DNA of 64,000 nt from Octopus vulgaris. Taxonomy: Eukaryota. Below are positions 49,501-63,813 of this stretch, in pieces. The position numbers and the translations under genes were made by a program. The notes under the pieces were generated by a model, which saw only the letters and a program-made list of their open reading frames with translations, was not told the DNA's origin and did not search any database. The number at the start of each line of letters is the position of its first letter. The stretch's first letter is position 1. Location: contig OX597814.1 in NCBI GenBank assembly GCA_951406725.2, forward strand, positions 110,360,001 through 110,424,000, in the 5' to 3' direction.

Positions 49501-51862
49501 TGATGGACATCTCAGCAATCATCATTCTCCACTGTTCTGTCTATTGCAGTAGTAATTTAGATAATATAAAATGCATTCCTTTTAAAGCTTTCTTATAGAA
49601 GATAAAATCCTTGAACAGAATAGAATTTCTTTAGTGTTATTAGCAGTGATGTGGTACATATATATAATTTGGCTTCATGAAGTTCAAGAATTAATAGATA
49701 TTTAAGCAATAAAAGTAACAATATAATATAATGCATTATGCTAAATTGACACCCAACAGCTTTCTACTTGTTCATTTAGAATGCATAGAGCACTATGGCA
49801 AATACTGTTTCTAAATTAGCCTTTTTTTTTAATAACTCCATTTTAAAATTTTAAGCCTTCAATATTTTATTTTTTAATGTTCAAAGAAAACTAATAAATA
49901 TTCATGAAAAAATTATCACAACAGAAATATTAGATATACATTTATATAGATTGGGTGTAAAATCCTCTTAAGCAATATGGCATATTGCACATAAAAATAA
50001 CCCCTAAAGTTTAAGTGTAATCTTTGAAAGACATCTAGATTTAGATAAGTTGGTAAATCAAGCTCTGCAAAATTGTAAGAAGAATTTTTTAAATGTGTCA
50101 TGTCAATGATATTAACTCTCTTTCCATGATGGTCTCATTGTTTCTGCCTTACAACCTGGATTAAACATTTACTGCTTTACAACAGCAGATGTTTCCAGGA
50201 ATTTTAGGCCCACCACCTAGACTTGGTGTTTACAGCTCATGAGGGAGCCTTTCTGTGGTTGTTCTACCTTCTGAAAATAGCTGCCTAATCATCTCATTCA
50301 AGTTACACCCTTTCATCTTAAAAAGGGAAGGATATATTGAATAAATGTAGTCCTACATACTCAGTGCCCAAGGGAGTCATGGGGCAGCCATAACTAAAAT
50401 GTTTTCGATCTTAGGTCTGCTTAAGATTGATCAAGGACTAAACAACAAATGCATCATGGGGACTATACAGAGCAACCAGGGGACCTATGGACATCATACA
50501 CCATGTGAAGCAACACACCATGTCTCCAGATGGAGAGCAGGTGATGAGGTAGGTGAGGATGAGACCTGTGGAAGTGAAGTGAATGATGTCAGTGCTAATG
50601 GTAGTGATCAAAATGAAAGATTATTGATTCTATATAGTTATAAATATAGTTTATAATAAAGCATCTTAAATGGAAACATTAGTATAAGAGTTGCTACTAA
50701 AAAATAATAATTATACATTCCTATTATACTTACCAAAAGATAATGAAATTACAGTTTGCTTAAGACATGTTTCTAGTAAAAATGTTAAGGATTTGGTGTG
50801 AATTACCTCTTGACATTCTATTTGCTGCCATTGTTACTTGAATTCTTAGTATGTAGCCTAGTTGTTACAATTATTTGGATTATAATTATAAGTAAAGTTG
50901 TGGCTTCTATTCCTGGACTAGACAGTACATTGTGCTCTTGAGCAACGTACTTCATTTCATGTTGCTCTAATCTACTCAGCTGTAATGAGTACCAGCCAGG
51001 TGTTGGTGCAGCCCTAACCTTGTCCAGCTTTCACATCCTGGATGTTCCAGTGGGTCGAGAGTGGGGGGTGGGGTTAAGCATGATGCATGCTACCAAGCCA
51101 TACTTGCTCCTAAGTGACAACTAGATGACTGTACTAAACTACTTGAATTCCAGAGTAGATATTACTTGCTTCTTAAACAGAACACAGAACTTTTTTTTTT
51201 CAAGACAGATATTTGAAGAAACTCATTTGAAATCTGTGAAAACAGGACTGGCTTAGCTAATTAAACAGAACCATTGTATAAAGTTACGTTTATTTCATCA
51301 TTTAATTCTCAGTCTGCAAAATCTTTGTGGACCAAAACTTTGTTTTTGTTTATTATGTAATGTCTACATTGTAACTGCATATATAAAAGAATTGCTATAT
51401 ATTAAATATGTAACTGATATAAAATTAAACTGTTTGCATAAAACTAAAGATGAGCTCTTTATACATCATAGTTCAATAATTTAGAATTTAAAGCTAATAG
51501 CATTTGTCAAAGTTGAATGCTTTATAAATATGCTCTTTGCTTGATAATTAAGACAAACAAATGCACTGAAAAAAAATTGAGTAGTAAAAAATGATAGCAC
51601 CTAATAGTATATAAAATTTTAATATCTCAGTAGAAACTGATTTGTTTTAAAATGATGCTATTGTTTTAACTGTATAAACTGAAAAACATACAATTAGAAT
51701 TAATTGTTAAAAATCTAAGATTATAATCAATTTATTTGTGTAAGTTATCTTTTCATGAACAATTAATTATTTTTAACAGATATTTTGGTAATCTCCAATT
51801 AAAATATCTGAATTTTGTGACCCTTTTAGGTTGCTCAATCTTGCCAAGTTGAAAATATATAA

Positions 51863-51866
<4 letters not shown>

Positions 51867-51896
<30 letters not shown>
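51867..51896. repeat. (TA)n microsatellite (others at about 2610, 52712, 54222, 56452, 56557)
   Basis: Direct reading. Confidence 0.95.
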
Positions 51897-51898
<2 letters not shown>

Positions 51899-52709
51899 GA
51901 GTAATGAAATTTATCTTTTGCACATATGTATTTCTAAAATGTCTTTATAAATTAATTGATCAAAGTATGAATTTTGAGGGAAAGGAAAAAAAAACCTTTT
52001 TGATTTAATTTAAACTTTACTGAAACTGGGAAACAGAAAATTAAAATTTATACAAAATTTGCTTTAGGTTCTGGATGAGACCTGCAAGCATGACAATTTT
52101 AGGCAGCTTATTTTAAATATATATATATATATAGTATAGATTTATCACTTTAATTCAGTTTAACCACTATTTGCCAGTAGAATTTTAATTAGGTTTATAT
52201 AACTATTCTTATTTACATAATTGTATTCTTAAATAAGTATGATCATATACAAACTTGATGTTGTTACTTAAATGATTTTTTCTATTACTGAACTCCTCAT
52301 TTCTTCAATAAAGTCATTTACCTTTCAATATAGAGACACTGAGTTAATAATTACGATAACAATGATAACTGATAATGACTGTAAGCCTAATAATGTTAAT
52401 ATTAATTTTTGATGTAGGCAAGAGGCTATAAATTGAGAAGAGATGTGATTGATTATATACACCTCGCAGTATCTTGCTGGTACTATTTTATCAACTTAAG
52501 AGATAAAAATCTAAGTTAATCCCAGTGGGATTTAAACTTAGAATAAAATGAGATGGATACCACAATGCATTTTTTCTAGTGCTCTACCGCTTTTGCCATT
52601 CACCCCCCTTGTAATGATAATAATAAACATGCACAATATATTCAGTTTTATTACCATTTAATGTTGTTAATGCAGTAAGTTAATGTGCATGATGGGAAAC
52701 AAATGCTTG

Positions 52710-52749
<40 letters not shown>

Positions 52750-54209
52750 TGAACACAACTATTGTATCAACCAGCCCCCAGAGCTTCTAGGTGGGGTTCC
52801 CTCTCATCTTTATATATGTAGATAAAATGAAAGTTTTCTAGAAATGAAGGTTCTAGTTTCTTTTTGCACTAATGTATTTTTTCATTTATCAAGATTTTAT
52901 CAAAACAAAAACTGCGTTTTACTGATCTCTTTGATGGATCTTTCTTTTTTGTCTTTTTTTAATTATGAAAATGAAATGCTGTGTTACGGTAAATTAGAAT
53001 TATAATTCACGATTAATAAGCATTGCTAAACTTCCGGCTTTATTACCATAATGTTAATGTATTGATATTGTTGGAATATTTTCAGAGAAGTTTTATTTTA
53101 TAACTCTATTGGAAATTAATTCTAACCTAACAAGTTCTTAAGTATTTGTCCTTACTATAGACGCTATCTAGCACCAGTACCATAATGTGAATTTGTAACT
53201 CTTCAGATGGTTACAATGACATCCTAACAGCCCATTTACTACAGCTCTCAATTATTATTACCATGCAAACAGGAGTAATTATTTAAACCATGGGTTAATG
53301 AACACAAAAATGGTTACAGCCTGCTACCAGATCAAATTTACATCCACTGGCCTATAAGGGAACCTCTGTGTGGCATTCAGTCTTCCCTCTCAAATCAAAC
53401 ACCACTGTCTTAAAAAATACAGGACATATTGAATAAAGAAAATTCTAGATGTCTGAGATAAAGAAAAGGGTGGGGTGGTCATGGTTAGAATGCCTTTGAT
53501 CATAGGATTGACTTTTGACTAAACACCAAAGTGGAAATTATGCATTCTAAACCACACATATTCTATATCTAAACCACACATTTCATCTAATCTAGAACCA
53601 GCTTAACATCTTTGAATAAATTTGTGAGTATCTGAAATCTGATGCTGGCTGAATAAGAACTCAATACTGGTGTGTATTGAAATTTATTGATTTCTAAGAT
53701 GACACTATGTTTGATGCTAAATAACAATAAATTCAACTAAGGATAAAACTTTTCCATTCTTATTAACATAAAAAAGTAGTCATCAGATGCACAATACACA
53801 CACTTATGATAAGCGGAAGCTTTCTTTAAAACAAATGCATTCAGGAGAATATATTTTTTACCAAAATAAAATACTTTTATCAAGAAGGAACTCTTTATTT
53901 TATGGAGGACTTTTTTTTCTGCCAAAATATTTTGGAGTTTTCTTTTGTGTTGGGGGAACAACCTATGATATAAAAGCAACAAGGTATGAAGCATGGAAAT
54001 ATGATAAAGCTTGATATGTTTTATTTATGTTTTATATCCACCAGTTAACGAGTTTTTTTTTGCTTGTTTGTTTTTTTGTATTTTGTTTGTTTTTATGCAA
54101 AACGAAAAATGACTGAAGTTACATAGTGAAATGATTCTTAAGTGTCAAGCAAAATGCATTAGTTTGGTCTTTGCTTTCTGCAGCTTATTGTGCTTATTTA
54201 ATTCATATA

Positions 54210-54258
<49 letters not shown>

Positions 54259-56447
54259 CATATACTTTGAAGGTATATATAACCTGTCCTTGTCTTATTC
54301 AATTTATGTTTTGATGTTGTTGAACATTTTTGTAAGTTAGATGAATTTAGAAAACTATTTAAAAACCTAATTTTAATATTATCTAATTTTGAAGGGTTCC
54401 CCACTCCCCAAACATGCACAAAAGTGTCTCATAGTTACAACAATAGCAACAGCCATTATTGGAAATAATACTTATAGAACTAACAGAATTTTCTCAGAGC
54501 ATAATGAGCAGATAATAGTAGTACAAAAACCTGATGTGATCATAAGACAAGCACCAACATGAGATAATAGTCTGCAATATAATATGATAGTAAAATTTTG
54601 CCTAAGGATCAGAAAATATTAAGAAATTGGCTTTTGTCAGAGAACTGACAAAAAAAAGAAAAACTTTGGTACTTGTAAGTGAAAATTTCTCTATTCAAGT
54701 TGAATACTGAGAACATCACCATAAAACTTTTATTTTCTGTGTAAATCCATCACAAAGAATAACACAAATATGAAAATCTATTTCTAAGTGATTGTATTTA
54801 TTGAATGAATTGATCTGGATTCTGTTATATTAATTAGTTGAAAATGAACTATTTAAATCAATATATTCTAAAGTATACATTCAAGTATGTTATATTTCAC
54901 TTATTCCATTCTCACCAATTATTTTCAAGCAAATTCTATAGAGAATATTGTAACTGTGGGAGCACTATTCTATTAAAATTCAAAATATGTTAGTAGTTGT
55001 CAATAAGTTTGGTTACTTGTGCTAGCTTTAGGCATGGCCATGGATGTGTAGTTAAGTTTGCTTCACAGGTAAGAGGTTTTATATTCAATCCTAATGTGCA
55101 GCATTTTTGGCAAGCATCTTTTACCATAGCCTTGCATTGACTAAGCAATGTGAATTAAATTTAGTTGATGGAAACTGTGTGGAAAACCTGTTGAAAGGAC
55201 CATTTCTGTTCTAGGGTGGTAAACTTAATTCATTACACCATCACCTGGCCCTTGGATACTTATAGCAGAATCATCTTCGTTATAAGCATTTGGACCAGAT
55301 CTCTGGTCTGAAAATAGCTTCCTCCCTTCCTCCTTACCAGTCTCAGAGACCCTGAAAAAGGGTGACAGACACTACCCTTCCTCCTCTGACTAAGCCATTA
55401 AAAAATGTAAGCAAATTCACGCTATGTTATTAGAGGGAAAAATTGTGCTTGTATATTGAAAAAGTAGTAACTATGTTAAAATTCAACATGAGCTAACTAT
55501 TAATGTTTAAATGTCATTTAAAATGTATTACACTAAAACTAAGGCTATAAATGCTTGTCGATTTCTGTTCTTTTTTTTTTCCTTTATTTTGTTACCCAAT
55601 TGATGTATTAAGAATTGGGTGAGTTTGTCCTAATGATGATGGTGCTATCATGTAGCTTATTTGACAGAGATGTTAAGTCCTATATGAAAAATATCTTTAA
55701 TGGCTTTGAAAAATGCTGCAAAGAACTAATTATTATTACTATTATTACATGAAAAAAAAAAAGAAAATATTCTGTTAAAAGTGTGTTGTAAAATTTGAAC
55801 AACTGGAAAATTTGAAAGTGCCGAATTTTTAATTATATGAATCTTAGATGTTTGAATGTTCCATCTAAAATGATTATTCCAATGGATTCAGTTCAGTGTA
55901 TTCCAACAATATATCTGATGCAATGTTTTTAAAACAAACAAGAAAAAGATGCTAAATGAGAAACTTCAAAAGTAATTTTGTTTTCATACACGTAAGTTAA
56001 GGTTCTCAGTGAGCACTGCCTGCTGTAGTTTATGTAACAGTCGACTACTGATAAACTCATTATATATGCATATATATATATCAGATAGTTGCAGATGACA
56101 TGTGACAGTTTTCAGTAGAATAGCACCCAATTGATCAACCTAAGATAATGAGTTGACTTTTATTTTTTTTTTTCTGTGCATTCCACTAGTAGGAGGACCA
56201 ACATCAATGTTTTATAGAAGAAACAATAATTGTATCTAAAATTCGAATTGTTATTTTTTGTATTTATTTACCATATGTAGCAAACATGTCTTTTAATTTG
56301 CACATTTTTAAAAACTGTTCACTATAACTTTTTTTTTATATGTTGTAATAAAAAAGAAACTACCATCAATTAATTACTCCTTTATTCTTACTGAAATTAG
56401 CCTGATATTTAAAATATCTTATTTTTTTAATGTGTTAATTTAAAATT

Positions 56448-56479
<32 letters not shown>

Positions 56480-56482
<3 letters not shown>

Positions 56483-56556
56483 GGAATTTACAAAAAAAAA
56501 AAAGACGGGTGTGTAAACAACAAACAGATGTATTAGTTTAACGCTCGGGAAGTGAG
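56480..56556. mobile_element. Short insertion within a (TA)n tract
   Basis: 77 bp of CpG-containing sequence flanked by (TA)n on both sides. Confidence 0.55.
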
Positions 56557-58914
56557 ATATATATATATATATATATACATGTATGTATGTATATAAAATT
56601 GAATGTCAAAATAACTCCTTTTGTTTGAAAATAAAAATATGAAAGCATCTAAAAATACTACACTCAGCTGCTTGTCAGATGAATATCCTCCCCCACTTTT
56701 TAAAAAATTTATTTAATGTATTTTCTGCACTGATTCCTCAATAATTTGGAAAATGTTACCAACTGATAATATACCTATTATATTAACTCCTTTAAACACA
56801 GTCAATTTGTCTTTGTTAAAAAAAAAACATTCAAGCTCACTTGCAATGCACTGTATTTAAATACTTTAACTGCCACTTTAAAAAGTTCAATGATACAATT
56901 AACACACTATACCGTTTCTTAGAATTTTAATGTAATTCTATTCAAAAAGTATAGAATTAACTTCAAATATTTTTGGAATTATAAAATATTACATTTTTCA
57001 ATATTTGGAAAATTAAAATTAACCCTTCATATTACCACTATTTTTTTTTTTACTAACTTCTGTTCCCTAAAATATAACTTTCATATAAAAGTTTGCAGAA
57101 GATCACTACAATACAAAGAAAAGAATGTAATAACGTCTACACTCAAAATAAGTTCAGCTCACAAGAGTATTCAAATAAGCACTCTTATAGGTTACTTTCG
57201 ATCAACAACTATATGATTACTATTTTAAATTTTAATTTACCTTTAACTGAAACGGGAAAGATCATACATGAAATGAAACTTGTTTTCATTCTGATTCTCT
57301 ATTTGACTGGTCCACATAGCAAATGTAATGAAGGAAACGCTTTGGTAACTATGTAGCTATTCCTTAAATATGAAACTATGGTGAATTTTATTTCTAAGAT
57401 TTGAAGTATTTTTAAAACAATTTACTTTATAATAAATTATTTTTGAAGTTTGTAAATTCAAAAATGAATAGTTATTTTAATTATAAGACATATTTTATGT
57501 TTGTGCAAGCATGTGTGTGTTAGGATGAACATAGATTTTGTTGAAGCCAAGTAATTATCCATTAAACAGGGTTTAAGATGCATGCAAATATATATATACA
57601 CACATACATACATACATACTTAAATACAGATTTCCACAGAGTGTATGCTGTTGTGAAGAACATGATAGAAGCAGGAAGTTCATAATGAAGCATCAGCTTC
57701 AAATAAATATATATGTCTGAACAAACAGGAGGGAAAAGTACTCAATGCAGTAAAGTTTATCCATTTGAAGGTTGATGGTTCACTTTGTGGTACTTTGAGT
57801 TTCCTACATCTATGTGCTGAATAAATACATTTACATAGAAGCATGAAACCTGAAGTGGCAATGAAATGACTCATCCTTGAATGAATACACATAACACACA
57901 CAGACTTGCACCATCATGACCCATTCAACTCATGCCAGCATAGAAAAACCAATGTAAATGATGATGATCATGTGATAATGATAGTAATATAAAATATAGG
58001 AACCATTTAGACATTATTATAAAAATTTGCAACTGAACAGTTTCAAAAGTATATCTCTTAAGAAAAGTAATCATAATTAGATAATTAGTACTAGTTCATC
58101 AGGCCTAAATTAAAAATAAATGAAATTTGTTGAGCTATATATCTTTCTATACACACATACACAACTAAACCTATTTTAATGGAGAGAAAAATGAAAATAT
58201 TTATATTTGGCTGAAGAAATCTATACAGTGATGAAATTTACCATATAGAAGTGCTTGTTCCAATTTCATTCTTGTTTAACCAACCCCACCTCCTGCTCCC
58301 TCCCAATTTTTTTTTTTAATTAATAATTGATGCAAATATATTTTAACAGCATATTAAGCTATGCATCACTAAATAAGCATCTTCACCATGGAAACTTTCA
58401 TTTTTATAATCAGCAGGTTGAACCAAGAAAAGATTTTTTTTTAATATTATTTTGCACTTATTGAAAACTAGCGATGAATACAAGAAAAATGCTTACTTTC
58501 TATTCCACTTGAATATGTCACACTATATAAAACAATTACATTTTTCTTCAAATTCTATATCAATGGATTTAAACTTACTGTTAAAAGTTTTGTTTGTTGT
58601 ATTTTTGTTTTGTTTTTATATTTTCTTTTTCAAAAATGTGAATTTGTAAAAGCACAATATTTAACTTAAAGAATAAGTGGTACATAAGTCTATTTTTACT
58701 TATTTATTTTGAAGGGATTTGGGTAATTTTAAATTTTATAAACACTCTTTTGCAGCAGTTTTCTCAGACCCTTTTTGTATATAAAACTCTTAGCTCAAAA
58801 GGGTCAACTAAAGCCAATGTCATTTTCATGCACAACATTCTCTGTCTGTGAATAAAATTTTTATATATATATAAATTAAGATTGTTGTTCTTTATTTGGT
58901 ATCTTGGAAAAGTG

Positions 58915-59230
58915 TTTTCTCCAAAGCCTCATGCCAACCAAAGCCTTATGAGTAAATTTGGTAGATGGAAAGTGAAAGAAGCCCCTTGTATGTGTGTGTG
59001 TGTGTTTCTCTCCTTGTTTTGACATCAGGTAATGATTGTAAATGAGCACCATTATCGTATGAATAACGCTGTTCATTTCCAGTCTTTCATTATAAAGATC
59101 TGGTCATGGGGAAATATTACTTTCTTTGGAAATGGATAAGAGTTGACAACAAGATGGGCATCTGACTAGAAAATCTACCTCAGTGAATTTCATCTAACCT
59201 ATGGAAAAGTGGATGTTAAATAATGATGAT
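58915..59230 (+). mobile_element. Family D SINE body and RTE-type tail
   Basis: CCAAAGCCTTATGAGT..GGTAGATGGAAA, (GT)n, GGGCATCTG..ATGGAAAAGTGGATGTTAAA(TGA)n. Confidence 0.7.
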
Positions 59231-60899
59231 TGCTTACAATATAGAGAGCACCTACAAGTAACCAAAGCACATACTTTTTTTTTTTTTTACAGTTTCATGA
59301 GAACTTCTTTGGATACAGACAATGTGACTGGTGGTTTAGACAATGTAACAAACAACCACAAAGCCATGCATATTCACAATTAAGCAAAAAAAAAAGACAC
59401 TGTACTATATCTGTTTCACTATTTTCTCTTTTTCCTATAATTTTTTTACATTTTGATGCCACTTTAAAAAAGCTTTATTTTTTCAAGTGGCAATAAAATT
59501 TTTAAAGTATTTTTCTAAATAACATGGCCAATAACTATCTGTTATTGTTTAAGTTCAGTTCAGTCAAAACTGAGTACTTCTATGACCAGAAGTGTTCCCG
59601 CCATGACTCTTATGCTGATGATTCTGTATCTAAATGAAGAACACATCACCAACTATGTCCTTTCTGTAAGACAGTAAGGTATTTGAGTTAGTTACAAATC
59701 AGGCAAAAGTACAGTACATCCCCCTAGATAGGACAACATCACAGAGCAATCCCACCTCCTAGTTGTTGATATTCATTCTCAGTTATGTGGACTGGAGTAA
59801 CATGAAATGAAATTGCTTACTCAAGAAAATGATGCACCACCTGGTGTGGGAATCAAAACTAAAACTTACGGTTGTGCATCCAACATCTTAAACTCTGTGT
59901 CAATCATTTAGGTTTTATTTGAGTGAATTTTGACTGTTATTTCTAGTGAGTCCAACAGAAAGGCTCCTTCATTAGCTCAACCACTAATAAGTTAGTTTAA
60001 ATCAATAGACCAAAACCGTAGCACCACCTTTAAGTATTATATTGATATGACAGAAAGGCCATTCAAAAGAAGATTTTACAATTACATGGATGGCACATTT
60101 AATGCTATTGGCTATCAACTTACCACTAATCCTCCTCTAAGAATTAATCTTTAGAAGTCATGGACAAATGTGTGAGTGTGTGAACAGTATGTAAGAAAGC
60201 ACTGCTCTTATTTTTTTACCTCATAGAAACATTTAAAAGCTGAATTTCTATTTATATAAGGTCTCTAGATTTGTTAAAATTTTTAATAATATCTGAAAGT
60301 AATGGGAAATGGACTCCACTAAAATCTCTACAGTTTTTTTGTTTTGTTTTTTTTTGTATTAATTTAAGTTGCACAGAAGTGAATATTTATCTTTCAGTCT
60401 TCCAGCATCAATAAAATCAATGCCAGCTATGTACTGGTGTTTATTCAACCAAATTCCACCAGTCTAATGAATATGTAGCCTTGAACCAACATAATAAATC
60501 AATGGAATAAAATAATTAAAATTACATAGGAAAGAATGGCATTCCATAAATAATATCTACTAATATTTATATTGATATGGCAGAAAGGCGATTCACAAGA
60601 TGATATTACAATTACATGGATGGCACATTTAATGCTATTGGTTATCAATTTAACACTAGTCCTCCTCTTGGAGTAATATATACTAATATTTATTTGCTCA
60701 ACTTTAGCTGTCATGCATGCAGAATGTGTATTACAAAAAATTTATCTCTGACACAAAACTTACATTGAAGAACTCATGATATAAAATAAGCAACCTTTTG
60801 AAAATTCAATGAAAAAAGATTATTAATCAAAAGATTAATGACATTAATTAAATTTCTTTGTATTCCTCATAATGTAAAACTAATCATTATTTATCTTGT

Positions 60900-61450
60900 G
60901 TGCACACACACACACCATGCCATGCGTGCCACGCACATGCAGTGACATGACAAGCAACACAACACACGCCACGTGCAACAATGCACATACCACACAACAC
61001 ACAAGCCATGTGACAACACACACCACACAATGCACAAGCCATGTGACAATGTGCACCATCCAACGCACAAGCCACATGTGACAACATGCACCACACAATG
61101 CACATGCCACGTGACACATGCACCACACAACGCACACGCCACATGCTACAACATGCACCACACAACGCACACACCACATGCAACAACATGCACCACAATG
61201 CACGTGCCACGTGCAACAATGTGCACCACAATGCACATGCAACATGCACCACACAACATTTCATGTACAAAAATATGCCATGTGCAACAATGCATACACC
61301 ACATGCGACACATGCACCACGCAATGCATATGCCATGCGCATAACACGCAATGCATGTGCCACATCACACGCAATGCATGAGCCGTGCAACACACAACAC
61401 ATAACAGACCTTGCCATGTGCAACATGCCATGCCACACCACACACACATG
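60900..61450. repeat. CA-rich minisatellite, ~32-35-bp degenerate units
   Basis: ATGCACCACACAA recurs at 61086, 61118, 61153 and ATGCACCACAA at 61188. Confidence 0.9.
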
Positions 61451-61493
61451 TATTAGCTATTACTGAAAACACAGATTAAGCTATGGAAGGATA

Positions 61494-62621
61494 CAAGGTA
61501 GTATCAAAAGTTCCTGGACTAGTTATGTAGCATGCCAACAGATGGCAGCACGCAGTTGTGTGCACAGTGAGAGCTAGCATGAGGCAGTGTGCAGAGTGAC
61601 ATTGCTATATTCACTTTGCAAGTTGTGAAATTTGTGTTTTTGTGATCATGTGTATGCTGTAGTCCGAGATAGTCATGGACAGGATGTTGGAACAAAGAGC
61701 CAATGTGGAATTTTGCATAAAACTTGGGAAGTCTGCTACAGAGACATTGAGTATTCTTTGGAAAGCTTACAGTGATGAGGCAATGGGTCATATGCAATGT
61801 TTCAAGTGGCATGGGTGCTTCAAAAGTGGAAGAACCTCCCTGGAAGACGAAGAGCAATCTCAGAAGACCTGCTATGAATAACACCTCCAGAAATGTGGAG
61901 AAAATTCACCAGCTTCTGCATGAGGATCATCAGAGGACAGTCAATGACATTGCTGACGTTGTTGGTCTGTGGTATAGGCCTATGCAGGAAATCCTAACAT
62001 CTAGATTGAACATGCAGTGTGTGTCTGCCAAGTTTGTCCCCCACCTGCTGACCACTGAGCAGAAAGAACATCTCATTGAAATCTTTCGAGATCTCCATCA
62101 GCATGCCACTGACGACCCATTCTTCATGTCAAAGATCATCACTGGTGATGAGAGTTGGGTCTAAAGGTATGACCCTGAGATGAAGCAGCAGTCATCACAA
62201 TGGATGAGCCCTTCATCTCCATGACTGAATAAGGCACAACAGAGTCACAGCTCAATCAAGAGCATGCTTATCATTTTTGTTTTGACATCTGCATTATTGT
62301 GCATCAAGAATTCACCCCACCCCCACCCACCCCGGTCCAGATCATCAATTGAGAGTTCTACTGCAACATTTTGAAGATGAAAAGACAGGCCAAAGGTCAC
62401 CATTTTAACACCATTGTTGAAATCCAGAATGAATCGCAGAAGGTCCTCAACTTGCTTATGGAAAACAACTTCCAGGCCAGAATTCAAAAATGGCAGGAAT
62501 GCTGGGACCAGTGTATTGTTGTGCAAAGTGACTAGTTTCAAGGAGATGATGTTAAAACTTAGGTAAATAAATTATTTTTTATTAAACATAACTAGTCCAG
62601 GAACTTTTTGATACCACCTCA
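61494..62621 (+). mobile_element. mariner transposon, decayed and internally deleted transposase
   Basis: TA TSDs; TIRs CAAGGTAGTATCAAAAGTTCCTGGACTAGTTATGT / ACATAACTAGTCCAGGAACTTTTTGATACCACCTCA; EQRANVEFCIKLGKSATET, FVPHLL, IITGDESWV.YDPE; frameshifts and stops; YSPDL region missing. Confidence 0.95.
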
Positions 62622-63813
62622 TATAATTCAAACATCAAGATTTTTCAACTTTAGAAGCAGTATTGAGATGAACTTAACAATTTTCTGGATGCCATAAAAG
62701 ATTTAAGTACTAGCACAAACAAACCCTTTAGAAAAGCTTACTTACAAAAGCACAGGTTTGTGCTACTGCTCCTTTTAAAATTCAATGTTGGTAGAAATAT
62801 TTTTTACTTTTTATCAATGAGAACTTTGATAAAGGAGGAATTTCCCTAAAACACTATATTGGTATGACAGAAATACCATTCCAAAAATGACTTTACAATC
62901 ATACATTTTCCTTCAGAAACATTGAACAAAATATAGCAAAAGTAATGAGTTACATTTGGTCTTTAAAAGGAAACACTGCAGATTACATTCCCAACTGGAG
63001 GATTGTTGAGAAATGTGATCTACAGAAAAAACTCATTGCAGCCAGAGATATATTCAAATGTCAAATCAAAAGCATTCAGTAAATATAAACATGTCCCATT
63101 CAGTATGTACACAGCTGCACTGAATGAGATTCTGTATTCCTGCAGGTCTGGTAAGTGATCGTAGAGATGCAGATTTCTTTTACGGAGTCTTCTCCTTTTA
63201 ATATTCTTTAGCTGAAATGTTTTTCCTTCATCTTTTTCTATTTTATCTATTTATCTCTTATTTCCTTCTCCGTTTTAAAATGAGACTATCATTAAACTAA
63301 ACCTTATGCTTTCTGTATCAATCTTATTATTCAATCATTTATTTTTTAAGTAACATTTAACTTCTTTTCAATACAAGTCAACAAAGGCATTATTACAGGA
63401 GTTAACACCTTCAGATTTATTCATAAAGGATCTCCTCTTAAACAAACTTGTGGTTTAAAGTTAGTAAGTAAAGGAAAGAAAAATATTTCAAAAACCCTGA
63501 GTACAAATGAAACTAAGTCTTATATCCTTTGTACCAAGAAGTAGTTATGCATTCTTCCCAAGAACCCTATTAGCCTGATATACATTGGAGTGCTACCAAG
63601 TTACTTGCCAGGGTCATTTAGATTCCCACTACTTGATGTGTGAATGTATGAGTGTGTATGTTTTATGTAGATGTAAATGAAAAACAGTTGGGTATTTAAA
63701 TACAGGGATCAGTCAATTGTTTTCAGAAGAGTACTCTATATGTTTTACAAAGAAAAATTTCAGAAACTGATGACAGCAAGTAAGCCAAAACTTCAATGTC
63801 ACTGTTATCTTTG

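Noticed and set aside
60880-61466. Cys/His-rich ORFs resembling keratin-associated or metallothionein proteins
   Set aside because: Products of a CA/TG minisatellite open in nearly all frames; no splice or domain support.
63098-63250. Minus-strand ~49-codon frame (IDKIEKDEGK...QLCTY*) as terminal exon of another gene
   Set aside because: No polypyrimidine acceptor, stop immediately upstream, no recognisable domain.
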